From the NCBI GenBank assembly GCA_024641665.1, contig JAHECP010000006.1, positions 4,541-68,540 on the forward strand: a stretch of DNA of 64,000 nt. Reading direction: 5' to 3'. Positions 56,365 to 64,000 of the stretch are shown one piece after another (within the stretch, counting starts at the first letter, position 1; every line of letters starts with the position of its first letter). Source of the stretch: Acidobacteriota bacterium (GTDB lineage Bacteria > Acidobacteriota > Vicinamibacteria > Vicinamibacterales > JAHECP01). Position numbers and translations under genes: made by a program. The notes below the pieces were generated by a model. The model did not search any database. It was not told the DNA's origin and was given only the letters and a program-made list of their open reading frames with translations.

Positions 56365-59109
56365 TCAGAACGAGAAGCGCAATCCGAGCCCGGCCTGCCG
56401 GGCGGACGCCCAGGCGCTCGGCACGCCGTAGCTACTGCCAGAGGATTCGGTCACCGCTTGCGCCGATCCGTGGTTCAGCGCGTTGAAGACATCGACGTAG
56501 ATCCCGGCGGTCCCTCCGGACGCACCGAGGCTGGGCACACGGAACGTCTTCTCGAAGCGCACGTCGAGCTGATTGAGCGGGTCGGCGGTGTAGGCCCCGC
56601 GCGGCTCGACGCGCACGGTCTGGTTGCCCTGACTGAGCCCGCGGATGGTGGCGGTGCGGCCATACGGCGCGCCGCTGGCGTAGCGGTAGGTCCCGCTGAT
56701 GTTGAAGCCCCCGTAGTAGGGCAGCCGATAGGTGCCGTTCAGGACGAACTGGTTCGGGACGTCGAACTGCCCGGGACCCCAGGCGTTGATCAGCACGTTG
56801 GGGTTGGCCCACGCGCCCGTCTGGCCGACGTCCGGGCCGGTGCCGATGTTGTTGTTCTTGAAGTTGTTGACGTTGCCGATGCCCTTCGACCGCGTGTAGG
56901 ACACGAGCAGCTGCCAGTTGTGGGAGAAGCGCTTCTGGGCGATCAGCATGAACGCCGTGTAGCGCCGCGTCGCGTCGCTGGGGTTGGAGAAGACGAGCAC
57001 CGACTGCCCGGGGTTGTCCAGGTTGTAGACGGTGAGCATCGCGCCGTCATCCGGCGTGCCGGCCACGTTGTCCGGGCCCGGGTCCTGTTTCGAGATGGGC
57101 GTCCAGGTCGACGCCGTGTCGACGAAGGCGAAGATGTCGCCCCAGGTGCGGCGCACGAACTGGGCGGTGATGCCGAAGTCGGGGAACAGCTCGTGCTCGA
57201 GCGCGACCGTGAACTGATCCAGGTTCGCCTGCTTCAGGTTCGTGTCGATCGACAGGTTGCCCGGCATGACCGACCGGTTCAGCTCCTGGAAGCTGCCGTC
57301 GGCGAGCACCTTGGCGGTGATCTTCGGCGACCAGTCACTGAAGTCGAGGAAGTTGAACATCTGGGGCGAGACGTCCTCGTGGAACCGGCCGTAGTGGCCG
57401 CGCAGGAGCGTCCGGTGGTCACCCCGCAGGTCCCAGGCGAAGCCGATCCGCGGGTCCACGGGGTTGGTGCTGAAGACACCGCTCTCGCCCGGAATCGAGC
57501 CGCGGTTCAGGCCGATGCGGACGCCGGGCTCCAGGATGATCCGGTCGGTCAGCTGCCACGCATCCTGCGCGAAGAGGCTGACGCGGGTGGAGATCCCGTC
57601 AACCGTCTGCCCGTCCCACAGCGTGACCTGGTTCGGCACGCCGCCCTTGTCGGAGTACAGGCGCCCGCCGGCGTATCCGCTCCAGTTGTAGATCTCGGTG
57701 CGCACGAACTCGCCGCCGAGCTTCAGCTCATGGCTCTTGCCGGCGACTCCGTCCACCCATCGCGTCACGCTGCCCGACACGTTCTGGCGGGGTTGCTTCT
57801 GCCTGGAGAAGCCGGTGTAGTTGCCCCACGAGTAGCCCCAGACCGTGTCGGTGTGCGCGTAGGGTCCGTCAATCGTGTTGGGCGGGAGGGGCATGAACTC
57901 CTGGGTGAAGGACAACCCGCCGCCGCGGATCTCGACGAGCGTCTTATCGTTGGCGGTCCAGGTCAGCCGCGCGCTGTACATGGTCTTGGGCAGGTCGCCC
58001 GAATACTGCGCGCTGGCGTCGAGGTTGGTCCGGGTGCCGTAGGTCTCCATCGCGTCCAGGTCGTGCTCGACGAACGCCTCCACCTTGACGCTGTTCGCGG
58101 CCGCCCAGTTGATCTTCCCGACGTACCGCTTCCAGCGCTCCTGCGAGGGCACCGGCTTGCCGTCGGGCCCCGGGAGTGCTCCCGCGGTGACCGATCCGTT
58201 GCGGTAGTACTGGCCGCCCGCGAAGAAGAAGAGCTTGTCCTTCACGAGCGGACCGCCGCCCTGGTAGCTCAGATCCCACAGCGTGTCGATCTCGGCCGGC
58301 GTGAACTTGGCCTGGAGCGACGGATCGAGGCCGCCCGTGTTGTCCCCCAGCCAGCTCTGCCGCGTTGTCGTGTACTCGAACAGGCCCGAGAAGTTGTTGC
58401 TGCCCGAGCGCATGATCATGTTCGAGATCGTGCCGGTGAACTCGCCGTACTCCGCGTTGGCGCCGAGCGCGACGACCTGCACCTCCTGCATCCAGTTGAA
58501 GTTCAGAATCGAGGTGCGGATATTGCCGCCCGGGACGCTCGAGGACATGCCATCGACCAGCAGGTTGTTCGCGTCGCGCGCGCCGCCGTGCGCGGTGCGG
58601 TTGGTCGTGACCCCGGGGGCCAGGGCGAAGACCTCGTTCGGCCGGTCGCTGCGGCCGCCGACGGGCAGGCTCTGCAAGAGCTCGTTGTCGACCTTGGTGG
58701 TCGAGGCGGCCGTCTTGACGTCGATGACCGGCGTGTCCCCGGTGACCGTGACGGTCTCCTCCACGTTGCCGACCTGCATGACGAGGTCGACGGTGACCGT
58801 GGTCCCGAAGTCCACCTGCAGCTGCGTCCGGTTGACCGTCCGGAAGCCCTGGAGGGTGGCATCGACGGCGTAGACGCCCGGGGGAAGGTCGGAGAAGCGG
58901 TAGACCCCTCGGGCGTCGGTGACCGCGGTCTGGGCACCGCCGACCATGTTGGGGCTGGAGAGCGTCACGGTGACGCCGGGCAGCACTCCGCCGGTGTCGT
59001 CCTTGATGACGCCCGAGATCTCGGAGCGCGTTTGCGCCCAGGTGGTTCCCGCCGTCGCCAGGAGGATGAGCGCGGCGGCGACCACCAGCCATCTGCTGCG
59101 AGCGGCCAT
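56365..59109 (-). CDS. Oar-like TonB-dependent outer-membrane receptor with N-terminal CarboxypepD_reg domain
   Basis: AAGGAG RBS + ATG 59109 and signal MAARSRWLVVAAALILLATAGTTWAQ. ..ISGVIKDDTGGVLPGVTVTLSS..DARGVYRFSDLPPGVY.. is the CarboxypepD_reg domain. Long beta-barrel region with the terminal ..GLGLRFSF. Confidence 0.85.
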   Translation of the reverse strand: MAARSRWLVVAAALILLATAGTTWAQTRSEISGVIKDDTGGVLPGVTVTLSSPNMVGGAQTAVTDARGVYRFSDLPPGVYAVDATLQGFRTVNRTQLQVDFGTTVTVDLVMQVGNVEETVTVTGDTPVIDVKTAASTTKVDNELLQSLPVGGRSDRPNEVFALAPGVTTNRTAHGGARDANNLLVDGMSSSVPGGNIRTSILNFNWMQEVQVVALGANAEYGEFTGTISNMIMRSGSNNFSGLFEYTTTRQSWLGDNTGGLDPSLQAKFTPAEIDTLWDLSYQGGGPLVKDKLFFFAGGQYYRNGSVTAGALPGPDGKPVPSQERWKRYVGKINWAAANSVKVEAFVEHDLDAMETYGTRTNLDASAQYSGDLPKTMYSARLTWTANDKTLVEIRGGGLSFTQEFMPLPPNTIDGPYAHTDTVWGYSWGNYTGFSRQKQPRQNVSGSVTRWVDGVAGKSHELKLGGEFVRTEIYNWSGYAGGRLYSDKGGVPNQVTLWDGQTVDGISTRVSLFAQDAWQLTDRIILEPGVRIGLNRGSIPGESGVFSTNPVDPRIGFAWDLRGDHRTLLRGHYGRFHEDVSPQMFNFLDFSDWSPKITAKVLADGSFQELNRSVMPGNLSIDTNLKQANLDQFTVALEHELFPDFGITAQFVRRTWGDIFAFVDTASTWTPISKQDPGPDNVAGTPDDGAMLTVYNLDNPGQSVLVFSNPSDATRRYTAFMLIAQKRFSHNWQLLVSYTRSKGIGNVNNFKNNNIGTGPDVGQTGAWANPNVLINAWGPGQFDVPNQFVLNGTYRLPYYGGFNISGTYRYASGAPYGRTATIRGLSQGNQTVRVEPRGAYTADPLNQLDVRFEKTFRVPSLGASGGTAGIYVDVFNALNHGSAQAVTESSGSSYGVPSAWASARQAGLGLRFSF

Positions 59110-59333
59110 GGCAGTACTCCTTGAACCGGGTTGTCGGGGAGATCGAGGTTCGGACGCGTAGGCCAGCGGGTTGCCGGGCAGCGTGCGGGCCGGGCAGCCC
59201 ACGGCCACGAACAGGCGTGAGGGCGTGAGGGCGCGAGGCGGAGGGACGATCGAGTCGCCATAACCCGCCAGGGAGGCCAGGGAGTTGACAGGAACCGGCG
59301 CGATCGGGGGAACGGGCCTCCGGTGCTCGTCCG

Positions 59334-59364
59334 GAATACTATATATAATATAGGCCACTGTCAA
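59334..59364 (-). promoter_or_regulatory. AT-rich box copy 6; textbook TTGACA-N17-TAGTAT on the minus strand, ~225 nt upstream of the receptor ATG
   Basis: Minus strand reads TTGACAgtggcctatattatataTAGTATtcc (-35 at 59364-59359, -10 at 59341-59336). The + strand reads GAATACTATATATAATATAGG. Confidence 0.6.
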
Positions 59365-59434
59365 GCCCGGGTGCCAACTCCCTTCCGGGGCCCGCCACGT
59401 GCCCCCGGCACCCGGAAACCGGCCGGTGCGCGCC

Positions 59435-60370
59435 TCACGGCCGCTCGCGCGCGCTCGCGGCCGCCGGCTTCAAGTGCCGGTCGAGCCATCGAATCGTCTC
59501 GGCCGTGATGTCGGGCCACTCGGGATGCGGCGTGTCGGCCGTCGCACCGAACGTGGCGCCGTGGACCCCGCCCGGAATCCTCAACAGCCTGACCGGCACC
59601 CCGGCCGCCCGCAGCGCCTTCTCGAACGTCACCGACTGCTCGTAGGGCACGGTCGGGTCCGCGTCGCCGTGAACGAGCAACGTCGGGGGCGCGGCGCTCG
59701 ACACGTGCGTGATCGGCGAGGCCTCGGTGTACACCTTCTTCGCCGGCGGTGAGTTGCCTGGAGCGATGTCCAGGAACAGCGCCAGCGCAACGAGGCCGTT
59801 GCCACCCTTCATCTCCCTCAAGTCGGACGGTGCGGCCCGCAAGACGAGGCACTGCAGCGTGGCGGGCTCCCCGTTCACCGGGTCGTCGCGATCGTCCGCG
59901 TTTCCCGGCGCGCCGAGCACCCCCGTGAGCCCGATCAGGTGCGCGCCCGACGAGCCCCCCACCCCGCCGATCCTGGTGGGATCGATGCCGTACGCGTTCG
60001 CATGGTGGCGGACGAAGCGCACGGCCCGCTGGACGTCCTCGACGGCCGCTGGATACTTGAATTCCGGCGCCGCCCGATGATTGATCGTGAAGACGGTGTA
60101 CCCGGCCCGCGCCAACGGCAGGACCGACGTCTCGAGCTCCGCCTCCTTGAGCTGACGCGCGTTGTAGGTCGACCGCGCCCGCCAGCCGCTGCCGGCGACG
60201 AAGACGACGCCGTACCTGTTGGGCGCATCGGGATGGTAGACATCCATGAGCAGGGCCAGGCCTCCGTACATCCCGTAGACCACGTTCCGGTCCACGCGCA
60301 GGTCGGCGGCCGCTGCCGGGCTGGCACCCAATAACGCCAGGGCGGTCACAATCATGCTCAGGCGACGCAT
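59435..60370 (-). CDS. Secreted alpha/beta hydrolase (esterase / S9-C-terminal-like)
   Basis: Signal MRRLSMIVTALALLGASPAAAA. ..VVFVAGSGW.., GGSSGAH (GxSxG), ..LLVHGDADPTVP.., ..GGVHGA... Confidence 0.78.
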   Translation of the reverse strand: MRRLSMIVTALALLGASPAAAADLRVDRNVVYGMYGGLALLMDVYHPDAPNRYGVVFVAGSGWRARSTYNARQLKEAELETSVLPLARAGYTVFTINHRAAPEFKYPAAVEDVQRAVRFVRHHANAYGIDPTRIGGVGGSSGAHLIGLTGVLGAPGNADDRDDPVNGEPATLQCLVLRAAPSDLREMKGGNGLVALALFLDIAPGNSPPAKKVYTEASPITHVSSAAPPTLLVHGDADPTVPYEQSVTFEKALRAAGVPVRLLRIPGGVHGATFGATADTPHPEWPDITAETIRWLDRHLKPAAASARERP

Positions 60371-60402
60371 GGTCGATCTCCTCCTTCCAGCCCAGGCTGG
60401 TC

Positions 60403-61049
60403 CTACTGTTCCGACCCCAGCCCGGCGAGGATGTCCGAGATGTCGCGGGCGAGGGGGACGATCCGGGCGTTCTCGAGGTTCGTCATCAAGGCCACGACCT
60501 GCTTCCGGTCCGGCCGCAGGTACAGCAGGTTCGTCACCCGCTGCTGGTTGCCCGTGTGCAGGATCTCAGGCACGCCGTCGTGCCACCGCAGCATCCAGCC
60601 GATGCCGTACGCGAGCTCGTCACCGGCGGGTTGTGGCCTCCGTTTCGTTGCCGGATAGGGCGTCCACATGAGGTCCACCGTCTGCGGCTCGACGAGCCTG
60701 CCCGCCTGGAACGCCACAGCGAACCGGGCGAGATCCACGACGGTTGCGTCGAGGCCTCCTCCCGGGATCTTGTAGCTGGTGTCGGCGAGGTGCGAGTTGC
60801 GGAGCTCGCCGCTCGGCAGCTGCGGACGACGCCGTCCACGGCAACGGCGATCGAGACCGCGGGAATGGTCTGGCGGGCCATCTCCGTCGTGATCGCCCGT
60901 TCGATCCGCGCCTGCACGTCGGCCGGCAGCCCGGTCGGCGCCGGCGCGGTGACAGCCTGCTGCGGGTGGGTCCATGCCTGTGGGGGGTGCCCCAGACCGA
61001 TCGCCGCCGCGGCGACGACCGGGACCAGCCATCGCATCCACCTGTGCAT
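60403..61049 (-). pseudogene. Beta-lactamase-family serine hydrolase with internal deletion + frameshift (catalytic SxxK region missing)
   Basis: Frame A from ATG 61049: MHRWMRWLVPVVAAAAIGLG..LPADVQARIERAITTEMARQTIPAVSIAVAVDGVV. The sense continues only in another frame: ..QLPSGELRNSHLADTSYKIPGGGLDATVVDLARFAVAFQAGRLVEP..AYGIGWMLRW..VVALMTNLE..*. Total is about 215 codons versus 350-480 for intact relatives such as 32262-33713. Confidence 0.6.
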
Positions 61050-61154
61050 CGCATGCCTCCTCGTTGTGTCGCGGCTGCCGCGCATTGACCCTTCGGCCTC
61101 CGCGGTGCCGCCCGATGCGGGGCCAACCCTCCGCGCCGGCCGTAAACACGCCGG

Positions 61155-61178
61155 CAAATATATCGTATATCATACGTA
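61155..61178. promoter_or_regulatory. AT-rich box copy 7 (CAAATATATCGTATATCATACGTA) between the pseudogene and the 61394 gene
   Basis: Core TCGTATATCATAC. Lies 106 nt from the pseudogene ATG (minus) and 216 nt from ATG 61394 (plus). Confidence 0.45.
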
Positions 61179-61393
61179 AGCCGGTCGCGCCCAGGATCCG
61201 GCGCCCTGCCCATCGACGCGGCGGAGGGAAAAAGCCACGTGAAGTGTCAGGCGAACTACGTCCGCAAGACCGATACCGGTGGCCTCGTGCCGAGCCGCCA
61301 CCAGGTGCTGACGAACATGCAGCTGTGGTGGTGACGAGGGCGGCACAGCCGGCTTCTTCGGCACACGATTCGGCTTCCTCCGGAGGACAACAC

Positions 61394-62476
61394 ATGCGAG
61401 CAGGACAGATCGTCCCGTGCGGGTTCGCGGTGATCGCCGGCGTCGCGGCGACCCTCGTGGCCCAGGCGCCCCCGCCGTCCGTGGTGCGCCCGCTCGACGA
61501 TGCCCGGAAGAAGGCATTCGTCGAATACGTCGTGGCGCACTACCAGACACCAGAGGACCTCGTCGCCGCGCTGTTCGAGGACCACGACATCGTGTTCATC
61601 GGGCATCACCATGCGAAGCAGGAGGTGGAGTTCCTCTACCCGCTGCTGGAGCGGCTGTATCGGGCTGGCGTGTACAACCTGAGCTTCGAGTTCGCCCTGC
61701 ACGCCGATCAAGAGAAGATCGATCGGCTCGTCACGGCCGACGCGTACGACGAGAGCCTGGCGCGCCAGGTGACCTACAACCGATACGAGGACGGCTACCA
61801 GGAGGACGCGGATCTCTTCAAGGCGGCCTGGCGCCTCAACCGGCAGCTGCCCGCTGGAGCGCGCCCGTTCCGGATCATGGGCATCAACGAGATTGACGGT
61901 ACGGACCTGGCGCCGAAGGGCACGCCGCTCGACGAGCTGAACGCGATTCGCAACAAGTACCTGAACGGGCACCGCCGGGACATCGTCAATCGGACGTGGG
62001 CTGATTTCATTTCGCGAGATTTCATTGCCAACAAGGAGAAGGCTGCCGTGTTCGTCGGGTCGGCCCATGCCACCACGAGGTTCCGGCTCGACCGGCGCCC
62101 CCTGACGGCGCACTTCACGAGCGTCGGGAACTTCATCTACAACTACATCGGCGAGCGGGCGACCACCGTGTTCCTGCACGGCGCGACGCCCCTGCAGCGG
62201 TCATATCTGAAGGGCGAAGCGGCGACCGCCGAGGCCAACAAGGCCACGGCGCAGATCGAAGAGCTGATGGCCGCCGTGCCGGCCCAATACCGGCGCGTCG
62301 GACTCGCGGTGCGGCCGGGAACGCCGTTCGGCGATCTGCCGGTTCCCGCGCCCGGCTACGTCAACGGGCGAGCGAGCGGCTTCACGTGGGCGGACATTTG
62401 TGATGGGTATGTCTACCTGATTCCGGCGGGGGAGTACGAGCGGCCGACGCCCTTTGCGAAAGCCGGCGGCTCCTAG
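61394..62476 (+). CDS. Hypothetical secreted protein, possibly ChaN/Tiki/erythromycin-esterase superfamily
   Basis: GGAGGA RBS + ATG 61394. Signal-like MRAGQIVPCGFAVIAGVAATLVAQA. ..HDIVFIGHHHAKQEVEFLYPLLERLYRAGVYNLSFEFA..DQEKID.. resembles the GExH..E..Q layout of ChaN-like proteins. The family assignment is weak. Confidence 0.45.
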   Translation: MRAGQIVPCGFAVIAGVAATLVAQAPPPSVVRPLDDARKKAFVEYVVAHYQTPEDLVAALFEDHDIVFIGHHHAKQEVEFLYPLLERLYRAGVYNLSFEFALHADQEKIDRLVTADAYDESLARQVTYNRYEDGYQEDADLFKAAWRLNRQLPAGARPFRIMGINEIDGTDLAPKGTPLDELNAIRNKYLNGHRRDIVNRTWADFISRDFIANKEKAAVFVGSAHATTRFRLDRRPLTAHFTSVGNFIYNYIGERATTVFLHGATPLQRSYLKGEAATAEANKATAQIEELMAAVPAQYRRVGLAVRPGTPFGDLPVPAPGYVNGRASGFTWADICDGYVYLIPAGEYERPTPFAKAGGS

Positions 62477-62585
62477 GCCGTGGATACGAACCGCGCATTG
62501 TCGGATGCGAAGGACGGATCTCGCCTCGCGTCCCGCCAGCACACCGCGGGAAGCACAGGGCGCGGCAGCCCGGACCGCGAATCGC

Positions 62586-64000
62586 CTATCGCCGGGCCAA
62601 CAAGGGCGTCGAGGTTGGCGTCGCCGGACGCTTCATGTACTTCTCGTACTCGCGGCGATCGAGCGTCTCGAGACTCGCCGGTTCGCCGTTGACGAAGACG
62701 TACTTGACCTCCGTCTGGGCGTCGAAGATGTCGCCGGTCGCCACGACCAGGTTCGCGATTTTCCCCGTGTCGATGCTGCCCAACTTGTCGGCCACGCCGA
62801 GGAACTCGGCCGGCGTGAGGGTGACGCTGCGCAGCGCCACGTCATAGGGAAGGCCGTAGGCGACGGTGTTGCCGACCGAATACGGGAAGATCCGCGTGAG
62901 CGCCGGGCGGAAGCCGAGCGTCGAGATCGCGACGGGCACACCCTTGTCATGGAGCACGGCCGCCGTCCGGTACGCGATGTCGATCGGATCGTCCTCGGCC
63001 TGCCCCGTGCTGAGCGGCCAGCTGAGCAGCACGCGCACGCCGTGCTGCTTCAGGAAGTCCGCGACCCGCCAGGCGCCCGACCGGGCCCCGATGACGTAGT
63101 TCAGGTGCTCCTCCAAGGCGAACTCGACCGCCGTCCGGATGTCCACGTGGTTGACCGTCTCGATGATGACCGGTTCCCGGCCGTCGAGCACGGGGATCAT
63201 GGCCTCGAGCTGGTCGTCCTTCGTGAACCCGGCTCCGGTTGCGTTCCGCGCCTTCGTCGCCATGTACGCGCGCGCCTTGGCGAAGAAATCCTCCAGCTGT
63301 CGCAGCTGGCGGTCGTACTGCACCTTGGTTGCGGAGAACGGCGTCACCTGGAATCGCTCGTCCTCGGTGTATTCCAGCGAGCCGACGGTCGGAAAGACGA
63401 CGACCAGCGCGGTGCGCGGCCGCGCGAGCATCTCCTCGCCGGTCCAGCCATCCAGGTTCATGATTTCGCCCTGTCCCGGCACCACGCCGCGCGTCGGGCG
63501 GGCGAGCACGTGGGTGATGCCGGCCGCGCGCGCGCGGGGGATGTCGTCGCTGTCCGCGAAGAACGACGTGGACGGGGTCAGCTGCGGTACGAACGCCCCC
63601 AGCTGGCGCTCGGCCGCGGCCTCGCTCATGCCCAGCCCGCTGTCGGCATCGAAGAGGCCCGGGTACACCGTGAGCCCGCGGCCGTCGATCACGCGCGCGC
63701 CCTCCGGCCTGGCGACGTCCGTCCCGACATCCGCGATGAGGCCGTTGCTGATGACGACCGAGCCATCCTCGAGGGTCGGGGCGGACACTCTGACGACCTT
63801 TGCGTGCTCGATGACGTAGCTCGCCCGCGTCGGACGCAGCCGCCAGGCCGGCGGGGGCGTGCTCACGGTCGCGCCGGCGGAGGGCGGTGCCGGCGGGGCC
63901 GGCGCGACCGTCGCCTCGGCTCCCGGCCGCGCGGATGACGGCGCCAGCCGCTCGCGTTCGGCGTCGAGCCAGGCCTGCCGCTCCTTCTCGTGCTCGCGGC
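62586..64000 (-). CDS. Amidohydrolase-fold protein lacking HxH (paralog of 25445-26764); frame stays open upstream to the window edge, possibly fused to or preceded by a catalytic amidohydrolase
   Basis: ..LTVYPGLFDADSGLGMSE.. (no HxH) and ..GSIDTGKIANLVVATGD... The track start GTG 63866 is only the first start codon in an open frame. Upstream in the same frame my translation gives ..REHEKERQAWLDAERERLAPSSARPGAEATVAPAPPAPP.., which resembles the C-terminal tail of 22636-25455. Confidence 0.7.
   Translation of the reverse strand, partial: REHEKERQAWLDAERERLAPSSARPGAEATVAPAPPAPPSAGATVSTPPPAWRLRPTRASYVIEHAKVVRVSAPTLEDGSVVISNGLIADVGTDVARPEGARVIDGRGLTVYPGLFDADSGLGMSEAAAERQLGAFVPQLTPSTSFFADSDDIPRARAAGITHVLARPTRGVVPGQGEIMNLDGWTGEEMLARPRTALVVVFPTVGSLEYTEDERFQVTPFSATKVQYDRQLRQLEDFFAKARAYMATKARNATGAGFTKDDQLEAMIPVLDGREPVIIETVNHVDIRTAVEFALEEHLNYVIGARSGAWRVADFLKQHGVRVLLSWPLSTGQAEDDPIDIAYRTAAVLHDKGVPVAISTLGFRPALTRIFPYSVGNTVAYGLPYDVALRSVTLTPAEFLGVADKLGSIDTGKIANLVVATGDIFDAQTEVKYVFVNGEPASLETLDRREYEKYMKRPATPTSTPLLARR

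Noticed and set aside
61317-61334. Tiny uORF ATG-CAG-CTG-TGG-TGG-TGA (MQLWW*) in the leader of the 61394 gene, resembling a Trp-rich leader peptide.
   Set aside because: I found no adjacent terminator/antiterminator pair and no link of the downstream gene to tryptophan. Six codons can easily arise by chance.

Overview
A 64-kb, roughly 68% GC bacterial chromosomal fragment. Gene content suggests an Acidobacteriota-like soil bacterium: a tricorn protease, an Oar-type CarboxypepD_reg/TonB-dependent receptor and many secreted peptidases. That assignment is inference only. All calls come from reading the ORF-track translations and from my own translations and motif checks; no database search was possible.

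Layout:
(1) 1-18.6 kb is mostly housekeeping. It holds a tricorn protease (partial), an alpha/beta hydrolase, LysR divergent from a short leuA plus leuB, a YtrA-like GntR + SPFH operon, glmU-glmS, a TPR protein, rsmI, DUF885, an FmdB zinc ribbon, galU and serS.
(2) 18.7-19.9 kb is a lower-GC boundary with a frameshifted small gene and two divergent AT-rich boxes.
(3) 19.9-64 kb is a dense island of secreted hydrolases arranged in several operons. It contains M14, two M28-type, two S9 and one S33 peptidase, an S12/beta-lactamase-like protein, at least 4 amidohydrolase domains, a Fes-like esterase, a PHP-esterase fusion, a BNR/sortilin-like protein and a GH43-like propeller. It also holds one Oar-like outer-membrane receptor, one FadR-type GntR regulator, and three PLP enzymes of different families. 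Three colinear YVTN beta-propeller paralogs and one decayed fourth copy are also present.

The most interesting signal is a recurrent AT-rich box, core GTATAT[AC]ATAT[CT]CC. It occurs 7 times in the 5' regions of these accessory operons and over the start of the GntR gene. I propose, as inference, that the island is a co-regulated multi-operon proteolysis / peptide-scavenging locus with propeller-led modules.

Decay marks are present: an IS5-like transposase stub, a propeller remnant and an internally deleted beta-lactamase-family pseudogene. Small REP-like repeats flank galU and serS. No rRNA, tRNA or CRISPR array was seen. Many long ORFs in the track are antisense shadows typical of high-GC DNA and were discarded.
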